Part shown: positions 11,324 to 21,843 of the stretch, piece after piece | Numbering within the stretch: position 1 is the first letter of the stretch | Layout of the letters: every line of letters starts with the position of its first letter | From: an uncultured delta proteobacterium | Lineage (GTDB): Bacteria > Desulfobacterota > Desulfobacteria > Desulfobacterales > JAFDCJ01 | Reading direction: 5' to 3' | Assembly (NCBI GenBank): GCA_963769935.1 | Contig: CAVYNY010000010.1 | Coordinates: forward strand, 352,001 to 416,000 | Length of the DNA stretch: 64,000 nucleotides | Notes under the pieces: generated by a model | The model's input: only the letters and a program-made list of their open reading frames with translations | Database searches by the model: none | What the model was told of the DNA's origin: nothing | Translations under genes and position numbers: made by a program

Positions 11324-13054
11324 ATGCAAGTTCTAAAAAGACTGTTTCTGCTTTTGACGCCTTATTTGAAAACCATCATCATCAGCGCGCTTTTGCTCAT
11401 TGGGCGTGCTGGCCTGGAACTGGTGCCGCCGCTTTTCCAGAGAGAAATTATCGATGAGATCATTACGGCCCGCAATCTGACTTATCTTGGAGTCGTAATC
11501 GCGGCTTTAATCGGCACCTACGCGCTGAATCAGCTGGTTCAAATCGGCGACAATTACGTCCGCCATGCGCTGGGCGAAAAATTTATCTTCGATCTGCGGG
11601 TTCGCCTGTATGCCTACCTTCAAAAGATGTCCCTGTCTTTTTTTGAACGCACATCGACCGGCGAGCTGATGTCCCGCGTCACCAATGACCTCAGCGCTCT
11701 GGAAAACTTTGTCACCCACGGCTCGGCTTTGACGGCGGTCGACTTTTTGCGCCTGGTGGGCGGCTCCCTGATTCTCTTTGTGCTGGATTGGCGGCTGGCC
11801 GCCCTGGTTATGATCCCGGTGCCGATTCTGGCACTGGCATTTCGCCATTATAACACCAAAATACGGCCGGTTTATCGACGGGTGCGCGCGCGCCTGGGAG
11901 ACATCAATGCCAAACTGCAGGACAACCTGTCGGGTATTCGGGTCATTCAGGCCTTTGCCCGTGAAGACGTAGAGTATGAGCGCTTTTCCAAAGAAAGTGA
12001 ACGCTACTATCGGGCGCGGGTAAAAGGCATCCGGTATTGGTCCATATTTTTCCCCGCCATCCGGTTTTTTGCTGCAATGGGAACCGTCGTTGTACTGGGG
12101 GCTGGATCGGTGATGGTGGTAAAGGGTCAACTCACGCTGGGTACGCTGGTGGCTTTTATTGCGTATATCACTTCAATTTATGATCCCATCAATCGTCTGA
12201 CGGAAGTGGACAATATTTTTCAGGAAGCCATCGCCGCCGGTGAACGCATCTTCGAGCTGCTGGATGAAACCATGGAGGTCAAGGACGCATCGGATGCGAT
12301 CGAATTGCCCGTTATCCAGGGTGAGCTGATTTTCGACCAGGTACATTTTCGATACGGCAGCGGCAACCAGGTCCTGCATGCGATCAGCTTTAAAATGGCG
12401 CCGGGAGAAGTGGTGGCACTTGTGGGACCCAGCGGGGCCGGCAAAACCAGTATTGCCAATTTAATCTGCCGATTTTATGATCCCGTCAAAGGTCGTGTCA
12501 CTATCGACGGTTACGATCTTCGCAATATTAAGTTGAGTTCATTACGACGCCAGGTGGCGGTGGTGCTGCAGGACTCGTTCCTGTTTAACAATACCGTGGC
12601 CGAAAACCTGTATTACGGCAAACCGGATGCCACCGCAGATGAGTTGATGGCAGCCGCCCGGGCCGCCAATGCCCATGACTTCATCATGCAACTGCCGGAG
12701 GGGTATGAAACCGAAATCGGGGAGCGGGGCGTCAAATTAAGCGGCGGGCAAAAACAGCGCCTGGCCCTGGCCCGGGCGATTCTGGCCGATCCGCGCATCC
12801 TGATTTTAGACGAGGCCACCTCCTCCGTGGATGCCGAAGCCGAGTTCCTGATACAGCAGGCCCTGGAAAGAGTGCTCAAGGACCGTACCGCTCTGGTCAT
12901 CGCGCACCGCCTGAGCACGATTCGCAATGCGGATAAAATCATTGTCCTCGATCGCGGCCGGATCGCCGAAATCGGCAGTCACGAGGCATTGATGCAGCGC
13001 GGCGGACTCTACAGCCAGCTGTATCACCGGCAGATGGAGATGGCGACGGTTTAA
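11324..13054 (+). CDS. ABC exporter, fused permease/ATPase (MsbA/MdlB-like)
   Basis: TM domain followed by GPSGAGKT, LSGGQKQR, LDEATS, IAHRLST. Confidence 0.94.
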   Translation: MQVLKRLFLLLTPYLKTIIISALLLIGRAGLELVPPLFQREIIDEIITARNLTYLGVVIAALIGTYALNQLVQIGDNYVRHALGEKFIFDLRVRLYAYLQKMSLSFFERTSTGELMSRVTNDLSALENFVTHGSALTAVDFLRLVGGSLILFVLDWRLAALVMIPVPILALAFRHYNTKIRPVYRRVRARLGDINAKLQDNLSGIRVIQAFAREDVEYERFSKESERYYRARVKGIRYWSIFFPAIRFFAAMGTVVVLGAGSVMVVKGQLTLGTLVAFIAYITSIYDPINRLTEVDNIFQEAIAAGERIFELLDETMEVKDASDAIELPVIQGELIFDQVHFRYGSGNQVLHAISFKMAPGEVVALVGPSGAGKTSIANLICRFYDPVKGRVTIDGYDLRNIKLSSLRRQVAVVLQDSFLFNNTVAENLYYGKPDATADELMAAARAANAHDFIMQLPEGYETEIGERGVKLSGGQKQRLALARAILADPRILILDEATSSVDAEAEFLIQQALERVLKDRTALVIAHRLSTIRNADKIIVLDRGRIAEIGSHEALMQRGGLYSQLYHRQMEMATV

Positions 13055-13079
13055 TTAATCCCGTCAACTATTCGACCAA

Positions 13080-13877
13080 TCAACTCTGCATCGCCACCGG
13101 ATTTTTAAAACTGCAGGGTACGAGCGCCGCACACTTGCCGCAAACATGGGTGCTTTCCGGCAGATCGTAAAAGTAATCCAGCGTTTTCCGATTCTCCATC
13201 AGGCGATTCCAGCAGCTTCGCCGGTCAAAACCGTTTTCACTGAGGGCGTCCACCGGACAGGCCTGTATGCACTTACCGCATTTCTTGCCGGCTTTGAGCA
13301 GACAGGCTTCATCGGTTTGGATCAGCGGATGATCTCCCAGCTCAATTTCACTCACGAAACTTCCCAGCCTACCCGTGCAACCAACGGGGGTAATCAACAG
13401 ATGATTCACCCCAAACCGGCCCAGGTTCACCAGATGAGCTAAATGTTTATGGGACCAGCGCGCCATCAGCTTAACCTCATCAAAGTTGTGGGTGGCCGGA
13501 GTCAGCCCGGATTTGTAGCCTCGCTCTGCCAGAAAATCACTCAGGGCCTGGCTCAGTCGCCCGATCAGATCATTGGTCTGAACATAAGCGACGCCCCATT
13601 CGCGGCAGGGGCGGCCGCCTTTTTTGTTGGCTTTGACCAGCTCTTTTTTAAACGGCAGATAAAATACAATGACCGAGTTCGCCGTCGGCAGAAGATCCCG
13701 CGGCAGCAGATGATCACCCGCCGCAATCCGAGGCAATTGATCAAATCTTGCATCAACCGGCGCCGCCGCTAACAACGGCGTCTGCCACCAACCGTCCGTA
13801 CCCAAACGCTCGGATTCTTCCTGGACATATTTTTCGGCAAATTTTCTAAGATCGCCAACGGTAATCGTACTTTGCAT
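13080..13877 (-). CDS. Epoxyqueuosine reductase (QueG)-like 4Fe-4S protein
   Basis: WSHKHLAHLVNLGRFG, CGKCIQACP, CWNRL, VCGKC. Confidence 0.8.
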   Translation of the reverse strand: MQSTITVGDLRKFAEKYVQEESERLGTDGWWQTPLLAAAPVDARFDQLPRIAAGDHLLPRDLLPTANSVIVFYLPFKKELVKANKKGGRPCREWGVAYVQTNDLIGRLSQALSDFLAERGYKSGLTPATHNFDEVKLMARWSHKHLAHLVNLGRFGVNHLLITPVGCTGRLGSFVSEIELGDHPLIQTDEACLLKAGKKCGKCIQACPVDALSENGFDRRSCWNRLMENRKTLDYFYDLPESTHVCGKCAALVPCSFKNPVAMQS

Positions 13878-14353
13878 AATTGAGTATTTCTCCCTTGTAG
13901 AATGATACTGACCAAGATGCTTATCTCATGAATGATTATATTTTTCAATTGTTGGAAATAAGAACCCCATATTCCATTATTTCACTTTTCCAGCATGGCG
14001 GTTTTATTTTGGTGCGAAAATCAAAGAAGATTCCATTTGTTGACTTTGGTCGATACGCTTCTTAAATTAAACTATTAATTGCAGCGATTTATCAAAGCAT
14101 ACCTGGCTGTGATCGAAGCTATCGAGGGCGGGCACGGTTTACAAATCAATCGCAATGCTCGCACATTCTGACTTTTATATGATTAGCCAAATTGCATTTA
14201 GGCCGAAATTTGCAATTCATTTCCTAAATCTTGCAGCGCCTCAGATCTGAAAAATTATTTCACGCGAATACCCACACCGGAAGCCAAGCCCCTATAAGGA
14301 TGATTTCCCATCTGCTCTTCTTGCTACATTTTTGAGGCCTAAAGGAAACTCCT

Positions 14354-16117
14354 ATGGAACCAATTATCACTGGAAGCGTTAAACGGAAACTTACTGCTAT
14401 CCTCAGTGCGGATGCTGTTGGCTACAGCCGTCTGATGAATGATGACGAAGAGGCGACACTCAAAACCCTGAATACCCACCGAGCTTTGATGACCAAACAT
14501 ATCGAGCAGCATAGAGGACGGGTTGTGGATACGACGGGTGACAATCTGTTGGCTGAGTTTACCAGTGCCGTGGATGCCGTGACCGGTGCCGTGGAGATTC
14601 AGCGGGAGCTTGCCGCGCATAATGCCGAATTGTCCGCCGAACGCAGAATGTTGTTTCGCATCGGAATTAATGTCGGCGATGTGATTGAGGAGAAGGATCG
14701 AATTTACGGTGATGGCGTCAACATTGCAGCTCGAGTAGAAGGGCTTGCAAAAGAAGGCGGCATCTGCATTTCGGGAAGGGTCTATGACCAAGTCGAAAAC
14801 AAATTGGATTTGGCGTATGAATTTTTGGGGGACCAAAAGGTCAAAAACATAACGAGACCGGTAAAAGTTTATCGGGTGCAGTTGGAAACCGAAACTGCCG
14901 TTTCGGATATGAGCGAAAGAATCGAGCTGCCCGACAAGCCCTCCGTCGCAGTTTTGCCCTTCAATAATATGAGCGGAGATCCGGAACAGAATTATTTCGC
15001 CGATGGCATCAGTGAAGACATCACCACCGAACTTTCGCGCTTTCATTCCATTTTTGTGATTTCGCGCAACTCAGCCTTCACCTATCGGGGTGAGGCGGTT
15101 GATGTACGACAGGCCGGACAAGAACTGGGAGTCGAGTATATTGTCGAGGGCAGCGTTCGCAAGGCCGGCAGGAAGATTCGCATAACGGCTCAACTCATTG
15201 CCGTCGCCACAGGCCATCATGTTTGGGCGGACCGTTACGACCGGGAAATGGAGGATCTATTTGCCGTCCAGGACGAAATAACGGAAACCATTGTCTCCAC
15301 CCTCGTGGGACGAATCGAAGCCGCCGACATTGACCGGGCCAAGCGCAAAACTACCGAAAATATGGTTGCGTATGACTATCTTCTGCGGGGTCTGGATTTT
15401 CACAAAAGCGGCCGAATTTCAATGGATGATTCGACTAAGGCGGTCGAGATGTTCACGAAGGCCGTTGAACTCGATCCCGGTTTTGCCCGCGCCCACGCCT
15501 GGCTGGCATGCGCCACTGCCAATCTTTGGCCGAAGAATCCCAGCCGGGAGCAATATGATGTGCTGTTGGATAACGCCATGACAGAAGTACAAAAAGCGCT
15601 TTCGCTCGATGAGAATGAATGTGAAGCCCATCGGATTATGGGTGCCATTTATCTGCAAAGAAGGCAATTCGACCGGGCGGAATATCACTACTCGAAGGCG
15701 GTTGCGCTCAACCCCAACTACGCCTATATTGCGGCCAAGGTTGCCGATTTCCTCAGCTACACCGGCCGGCCACAGGAGGCGGAGGCATCGGTGAAACGGG
15801 CGATGCGCCTCAATCCCCACCATCCGGACTGGTATTGGCAGGAGTTGGGCCTGGCGTATTATGTCGGTGGTCAATATGAGGAGGCCATACGCACTTTCAA
15901 CCGTATCACCAACCTGGTGGAATTTGATTATACTTATCTGGCGGCTTGCTGTGCCGAGCTGGGCGAAATCGAAAAAGCGAAATCTTATATAGAGGCCCTG
16001 CTCCGATTGATGCCCGGCGCATCCGTCAAATATTTTGAAGAAACACAGCCATTTAAAAACAATTCTGATCTGAAGCGCCTGCTCGATGCGCTGCGCAAGG
16101 CGGGACTGCCGGATTAA
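14354..16117 (+). CDS. Class III adenylate/guanylate cyclase with TolB-like and TPR domains
   Basis: RKLTAILSADAVGYS, GDGVNIAAR, KPSVAVLPFNNMSGDPEQNYFADG, TPRs, ending LRKAGLP. Confidence 0.92.
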   Translation: MEPIITGSVKRKLTAILSADAVGYSRLMNDDEEATLKTLNTHRALMTKHIEQHRGRVVDTTGDNLLAEFTSAVDAVTGAVEIQRELAAHNAELSAERRMLFRIGINVGDVIEEKDRIYGDGVNIAARVEGLAKEGGICISGRVYDQVENKLDLAYEFLGDQKVKNITRPVKVYRVQLETETAVSDMSERIELPDKPSVAVLPFNNMSGDPEQNYFADGISEDITTELSRFHSIFVISRNSAFTYRGEAVDVRQAGQELGVEYIVEGSVRKAGRKIRITAQLIAVATGHHVWADRYDREMEDLFAVQDEITETIVSTLVGRIEAADIDRAKRKTTENMVAYDYLLRGLDFHKSGRISMDDSTKAVEMFTKAVELDPGFARAHAWLACATANLWPKNPSREQYDVLLDNAMTEVQKALSLDENECEAHRIMGAIYLQRRQFDRAEYHYSKAVALNPNYAYIAAKVADFLSYTGRPQEAEASVKRAMRLNPHHPDWYWQELGLAYYVGGQYEEAIRTFNRITNLVEFDYTYLAACCAELGEIEKAKSYIEALLRLMPGASVKYFEETQPFKNNSDLKRLLDALRKAGLPD

Positions 16118-16304
16118 GAGAGAATGATATTTGGCAGATTACGAATTGATCTTGCATCGCCTCTGTCTCACTTCTTAAGCATATCAAGTAAATGGTAGGT
16201 AGAGATAAAAAGTTTGCCTCGTAACCCGCTGCCAGCTCAGGTTTCAGTTGAAATGTCGCACCCGAATCTCATGGCTCGCCTCTTAGTCACTAAGGGATAG
16301 CCGT

Positions 16305-19300
16305 ATGAAATGCCCTCAATGCAGCCTCGATAATAAACTCAACAAGAAATTCTGTACGAATTGTGGGTCAAAACTAATCTTAAAATGTCCGAATTGTGAT
16401 ACGGAGATTGAGGCCGGAGATATTTTTTGCGGCGAGTGCGGCCATGACTTGCGGATGTCGAATGAAGCCTTGTCTATCGACCGCAGTCAACCTCACTCTT
16501 ATACGCCAAAATTTCTGGCAGATAAGATTCTCACCTCCCGCAATTCTCTGCAGGGCGAACGCAAGCAGATCACCGTCCTGCTCGCCGACATCAAGGACTC
16601 TACCGAGTTGATCAAAGACCTCGATCCGGAGGCTGCACAGCAGATTCTGGACCCCGCGATCCAAATCATGATGAACAGTGTCCACCGTTTCGAGGGCACG
16701 GTAAACCAGGTGCTGGGAGACGGTATTATGGCGCTGTTCGGGGCGCCCATCGCCCATGAAGATCATGCCCTGAGGGCCTGTTATGCCGCTCTGGCAATGC
16801 AAAAGGCGATGAATGAATATGCCAACGAGATGCGCCAGTCCCATGGAGCCGAGTTGCGTATCAGGGTGGGCCTGAATTCCGGCGAAGTCGTGGTTCGGAC
16901 CATTGGCAATGATTTGCATATGGACTACTCGGCCGTAGGCTCGACGACCCATCTGGCAGCCCGTATGGAACAAATTGCTATACCCGGCACGAGTCGAATG
17001 ACGGAGGAAACCCTCAGATTGGTGGAGGGCTTTGTCAAGGTTAATCCTTTAGGACCTGTACCTGTCAAAGGGATGACAGAACCGGCTGAAGTGTTTGAGC
17101 TGGTCGGCGCCAGTACGGTTCGCAGACGCCTGCAGGCCGCAGTCTCTCGAGGACTGACCCGGTTTGTGGGGCGGGACAAAGAGATCAATGAGCTGAACCG
17201 GAATCTGGAACTGGTAGAAGCGGGCCATGGCCAGGTTGTCGCGGCGGTGGGTGAGGCCGGTGTCGGCAAGTCCCGTCTGGTATACGAGTTTGTCCAGTCT
17301 CACCGCACACAGGGATGGCTGGTACTTGAAAGCGCTTCGGCCTCCTACGGCAAAGCGACGCCTTATTTTCCGGTGATCGATCTGCTCAAACATTATGTTC
17401 ATGTGGAGGACGGCGACGACGCCCGCTCTATTCGGGCCAAGGTTACCGGACAGATCCTTACCTTGGACGAGACGCTTCAGGAGACCATTCCGGCGCTGCT
17501 ATCACTCCTGGATACCCTGCCGGAAGACAGCCCCTTTCTGAGGCTCGACCCGATGCAAAGACGCCAGAACATTCTCGATGCTATCAAACGGATTCTGTTG
17601 CGCGAGAGCCGGGCGCAACCGCTTTTGGTTGTCTTCGAAGATTTACACTGGATTGACTCAGAAACCCAGGCCCTGCTCGACATCCTGATCGCAAGCCTGC
17701 CAACGGCCCGCCTGTTGCTTTTGGTAAACTATCGGCCGGAGTATCGGCATCACTGGGGAAGTAAAACCTATTATACCCAGGTAAGGCTTGACCCGCTTCC
17801 ACCCGCAAGTGCGGGGGTTTTTCTGCAGAACCTGCTCGGCAGGGACGCAAGCCTGCAACGCCTCAAACATCTCCTCGTTGAACGGACGGAGGGCAATCCT
17901 TTTTTCCTGGAAGAGTGTGTGCGGACGCTGGTCGAAACACAGGCACTGGCCGGCGAACCCGGCGCGTTTCGCCTGATCCAGGAACTCCCTGATATTCACG
18001 TGCCGGCCACAGTCCAGGTGCTGTTGGCCGCCCGCATGGATCGGCTGCCACAGGCAGAGAAGCGTCTATTGCAAACCGCGGCCGTGATCGGCAACGAGGT
18101 GCCCTCACCCTTGCTTCAAACCATTGCTGAAATGCCGCAGGAGGGACTGCAGCGCGGGCTTGCCTACCTCCAGACTGCCGAATTTCTCTATGAAACCAGC
18201 CTTTTCCCGGAGCGGATTTACAGCTTTAAACACGCCCTCACCCAGAACGTTGCCTACCAGTCGCTGCTGGTCAGCATGCGGCAAAAAATTCATCAGCGCA
18301 TTGGCCGGGTGCTGGAAAAGCAGTTTGCGGTGACTGCCGAAACGCAGCCTGAACTGCTGGCCCATCACTACGCCGAAGCCGGCTGCCATAGGGAAGCGGC
18401 CGTTTACTGGCGACGAGCAGGTGTGCGTGCCAGTGCCCGCTCTGCCTATGTGGAATCTATTGCACACCTCAACAAGGGGCTTGCGGAACTTCAAACGCTG
18501 CCTGAAACCACCGCACATGCCGAACTCGAACTGGCGCTGCAGTTTGATCTCGCCTCAGCACTGATCGTCTCCAAAGGTTGGATCGCTCCCGAGGTGGAAC
18601 AGGCCTACACCCGGGCATTGGATCTATGCCGGCAGGTGGGAGAGACACCTACGCTGATTCCCGTGCTGCAAGGGCTGCGCCGACTCTATGCGTTGCGAGG
18701 TGCTCCAGGTGACGCACAAAGGGCACAAGAACTGGGAGGGCAGATTCTCACTGAAGCTCAGCGTCAAAATGATACCGCGTTATTGCAGGAGGCCTATTGG
18801 GCTATTGGGCAAACTTACTGTGTTCTGGGAGAACTTGAGCCCGCACGCAGGCATATGGAGCAGAGCAGCGCAACATATACACCCAAACCTCTTAACTCCC
18901 AGGACGCCCGTGATGCAGCGGGCACCGAGATTGCCTGCCTGATGCACTATGCTTACGTCCTGTGGTCCCTCGGCTATCCGGATAAGGCACTCGAAACCGG
19001 CCAGCAGGGCTTAACCTTAGCCCACGAACTTTCGCACCCGTTTACCCTGGCATTTGCCTTTTCCGGCATGGCGCAGCTTAATCAATTCAGGCGGGACGTA
19101 CAAGCAACACTTAAGCAGGCAGATGCCATGATTGCCCTCTCCAACGAGCAGGGATTTTCACTATGGATGAACTTGGGAACGCTGTTTCGTGCTTGGTGCC
19201 TGGCCATGCAGGGGCAACCAGAGGATGGGATAGTCCAGATGGAGCGGTCTATGGCAAGCAATCTGGTCGGCTCATTTCATGCCTTACGACCCTGGCATGA

Positions 19301-19697
19301 TGCCTTATTGGTCGAAGCATACGGGGCAGCAGGACAGACCGCAGCGGGTTTAAACAAGGCAGCCAAGGCACTGGCTGTTGTGGAGAAAACCGGTTTTCGC
19401 TTCTATGAAGCGGAGTTGGGCCGGCTTTATGGGGAGCTGCTGTTGATGCGGCCGGTCCCCGATGTCTCTGAGGCCGAAGCCTGTATCCAGCGAGCCCTTG
19501 ACCTTGCTGACAGCCAGCAATCAAAATCACTGGAACTCCGAGCCGCTATCAGTCTGAGTCGGCTTTGGAATCAGCAGAACAAAAGACTAGAAGCCCGAAA
19601 ACTGCTGACGAAAATTTACGGCTGGTTCACCGAGGGATTTGGCACTGCCGACTTAAAGGAAGCCAAAGCGCTTATTGATGATCTGTCGGATAAATAG
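16305..19697 (+). CDS. Double zinc ribbon + class III cyclase + STAND/AAA ATPase + TPR protein
   Basis: Four CxxC pairs, ERKQITVLLADI, GDGIMALFGAP, FVGRDKE, GEAGVGKSRL, EDLHW, GNPFFLEE, WFTEGFGTADL. Confidence 0.93.
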   Translation: MKCPQCSLDNKLNKKFCTNCGSKLILKCPNCDTEIEAGDIFCGECGHDLRMSNEALSIDRSQPHSYTPKFLADKILTSRNSLQGERKQITVLLADIKDSTELIKDLDPEAAQQILDPAIQIMMNSVHRFEGTVNQVLGDGIMALFGAPIAHEDHALRACYAALAMQKAMNEYANEMRQSHGAELRIRVGLNSGEVVVRTIGNDLHMDYSAVGSTTHLAARMEQIAIPGTSRMTEETLRLVEGFVKVNPLGPVPVKGMTEPAEVFELVGASTVRRRLQAAVSRGLTRFVGRDKEINELNRNLELVEAGHGQVVAAVGEAGVGKSRLVYEFVQSHRTQGWLVLESASASYGKATPYFPVIDLLKHYVHVEDGDDARSIRAKVTGQILTLDETLQETIPALLSLLDTLPEDSPFLRLDPMQRRQNILDAIKRILLRESRAQPLLVVFEDLHWIDSETQALLDILIASLPTARLLLLVNYRPEYRHHWGSKTYYTQVRLDPLPPASAGVFLQNLLGRDASLQRLKHLLVERTEGNPFFLEECVRTLVETQALAGEPGAFRLIQELPDIHVPATVQVLLAARMDRLPQAEKRLLQTAAVIGNEVPSPLLQTIAEMPQEGLQRGLAYLQTAEFLYETSLFPERIYSFKHALTQNVAYQSLLVSMRQKIHQRIGRVLEKQFAVTAETQPELLAHHYAEAGCHREAAVYWRRAGVRASARSAYVESIAHLNKGLAELQTLPETTAHAELELALQFDLASALIVSKGWIAPEVEQAYTRALDLCRQVGETPTLIPVLQGLRRLYALRGAPGDAQRAQELGGQILTEAQRQNDTALLQEAYWAIGQTYCVLGELEPARRHMEQSSATYTPKPLNSQDARDAAGTEIACLMHYAYVLWSLGYPDKALETGQQGLTLAHELSHPFTLAFAFSGMAQLNQFRRDVQATLKQADAMIALSNEQGFSLWMNLGTLFRAWCLAMQGQPEDGIVQMERSMASNLVGSFHALRPWHDALLVEAYGAAGQTAAGLNKAAKALAVVEKTGFRFYEAELGRLYGELLLMRPVPDVSEAEACIQRALDLADSQQSKSLELRAAISLSRLWNQQNKRLEARKLLTKIYGWFTEGFGTADLKEAKALIDDLSDK

Positions 19698-19955
19698 ATT
19701 TCAATTTAAAAATGATACTGATTTTCGCGTCGAGATCTGGGGACCGTTCCCTGGGCTGCCCGAGCCGGTGCGTCCGGGTAGATAATTTGCTGAATCTTGA
19801 CATCTTCTAATTCGACTCCCATTGTTCTTTTTGTGGTGCCCTATATCACAAGGTTTGCTATATTTCCCTATGCTTAACTTGCGCATCTGCAGCCATCCAC
19901 TGAGGCGCATTATAATTCGACGATCGATTAATTTAGGCACCAACAAGGTGAATAC

Positions 19956-20216
19956 ATGCCGCCACGCACCCGATATGCGAAAAGCGATGATGTCAATATC
20001 GCCTACCAGGTCACTGGGGAAGGGACCTTCGACCTTGTCCTGGTGCCGGGCTGGGTCTCGCATTTGGAAAATGCCTGGGAGGAACCCCCGATCGCGCGGT
20101 TTCTCAACCGAATAGCTTCATTTTGCCGTCTAATTCTAATCGACCGCCGAGGAACCGGACTCTCGGACCCCGTCACAACGCTTCCCACCATAGAGCAGCG
20201 CATGTTGTTCGAATAA
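19956..20216 (+). pseudogene. Truncated alpha/beta-hydrolase gene (N-terminal fragment)
   Basis: TRYAKSDDVNIAYQVTGEG...VPGWVSHLE...DRRGTGLSDP...IEQRM, then a stop abutting the fpg 3' end, before the nucleophile region. Confidence 0.8.
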
Positions 20217-20217
20217 C

Positions 20218-21123
20218 TCAGGAAAATTGCTGCTTCCTTGCTTCAAGCTCCTCAAGCGTGCGGGGCCAATCTTTTTTCAGCAAGCGGGATAAAGCCCGAT
20301 CCGCCAGCAACTTGCCTGCGGTTTGACACCTTGGACAGTAATTGGTTTCATTGGCGGCATAGCGAATCCGCTGAACCGGGGTTCCGCACTCCGGGCACGG
20401 TTCCCGGTAGCGTCCGTGCACCGCCATGCCGCTGCGAAATGCGGTGACCTTCTCTGGAAAACCATTGCCCACCTCTTCCCGTAGGCGCTGGGTCCATTCA
20501 TTCAATGTGGCGCGGGTTGCATGGAACAGCCGTTCAATCTGATCCTCCGCTAGTTTCTCAGTGAGCAAGATGGGGGACAACCGGGACCGGTGAAGAATTT
20601 CATCTGAATAGGTGTTGCCGATGCCACTGAATAGGCGGGGATCCGTCAAAGATCGCTTTAGGGTGTGATTCTCACTCAGAAGGGCATTTCGAAATTCTTC
20701 CAGGGAGGCTTCAAAAACTTCGAGACCGCCGGGATCAAGGCCGGCAAGTTCAGAGCGACCAGCTATGAAATGAAGCGAGGCACGCTTTTGGGTGCCCGCC
20801 TCCGTTATAAGCAGGGAACCGTTGGGGAAGTCAAAAACGGCCAGTCCGACTTTGCCGGGCGGTTTACATGCTTTTTTACGCCAATGTAATCGCCCCGCTA
20901 TCATCAGATGAATCACAAGAAACCGTTCCTTGTCAAATACAAATACAATCCGCTTGCCCATGCGCTCAACACCGCGAACCTTGGCACCGTGGACAGTTTT
21001 AATCGACGGTTCGGCAGTGCGCAGAAAAAACGAGCTGGCAAAACGTATTTGCTCGAGGGGTTGTCCGCGGACAAGAGCTTCGAGACGCTCGATGTAAATG
21101 GTTATGTCGGGATATTCCGGCAT
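20218..21123 (-). CDS. Fpg/Nei family DNA glycosylase
   Basis: N-terminal PE, HLMIAG, H2[14 protein letters not shown], zinc finger CPEC...CPRCQ. Confidence 0.93.
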   Translation of the reverse strand: MPEYPDITIYIERLEALVRGQPLEQIRFASSFFLRTAEPSIKTVHGAKVRGVERMGKRIVFVFDKERFLVIHLMIAGRLHWRKKACKPPGKVGLAVFDFPNGSLLITEAGTQKRASLHFIAGRSELAGLDPGGLEVFEASLEEFRNALLSENHTLKRSLTDPRLFSGIGNTYSDEILHRSRLSPILLTEKLAEDQIERLFHATRATLNEWTQRLREEVGNGFPEKVTAFRSGMAVHGRYREPCPECGTPVQRIRYAANETNYCPRCQTAGKLLADRALSRLLKKDWPRTLEELEARKQQFS

Positions 21124-21213
21124 TCGGTTTTTTGTAACAATTTAGCTGTTTAAAAAAATGATTTCTTCGGTGGGATAGTTTAAAAGTTTGATTATAGGTC
21201 ATATATTTAAGTT

Positions 21214-21720
21214 ATGAAAAAATTATTTATCCTGAAACTTATTGTATGCATGGCCTGCGCAATTACGTTAGGCCCGTTTGACATAATCGGAACGAAAACA
21301 CATCTAATGGCGGCCAACGCCGATAATCCTGGAACCAAATGTCAACCGACGCCATCGGATTATCTGGGTCCTTTTTATAAGGCCGAAGCACCGGTCCGCT
21401 CAAGTGTCGGCAAGGGATACGAGTTGATGGGGCGGGTCATGTCTTCGGCGACCTGCGCTCCCGTCCCGCATGTCCGCCTCGAGCTTTGGCTGGCCAATCC
21501 GGACGGGTCATATGACGACGATCATCGTGCAACAATAATGACCGATGAAACAGGCGTGTACAAATTTGAAAGCAATTTTCCGCCCGGCTATTTCGGCCGG
21601 CCGCCTCATATCCACATTCGCATCAGCGCCGAAGGTTTCAAAACCCTGGTAACCCAACACTATCCCGCTCACGGCCAAACCACCGGAGATTTTGATATCG
21701 TTCTTGTCCCGGTCAAATAA
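21214..21720 (+). CDS. Secreted intradiol ring-cleavage dioxygenase-like protein
   Basis: Signal peptide, GPFY, LWLANPDGSY, PPGYFGRPPHIH. Confidence 0.85.
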   Translation: MKKLFILKLIVCMACAITLGPFDIIGTKTHLMAANADNPGTKCQPTPSDYLGPFYKAEAPVRSSVGKGYELMGRVMSSATCAPVPHVRLELWLANPDGSYDDDHRATIMTDETGVYKFESNFPPGYFGRPPHIHIRISAEGFKTLVTQHYPAHGQTTGDFDIVLVPVK

Positions 21721-21843
21721 AATTTCTTGGCACCTTCGACATCAGTCGTCATCAGTTCAGACCAGCTGAACGCGCCTTGTCGTTTAAATATGTCTTTCAT
21801 ATTATCCTCCAATGCCCAAATGTATGAAAGATTAGGAGGCAAA

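Noticed and set aside
14354..19697. Cyclase/STAND genes as an anti-phage system (Pycsar or Avs)
   Set aside because: The architectures match widespread signalling cyclases, and there is no adjacent effector or defence-island context.
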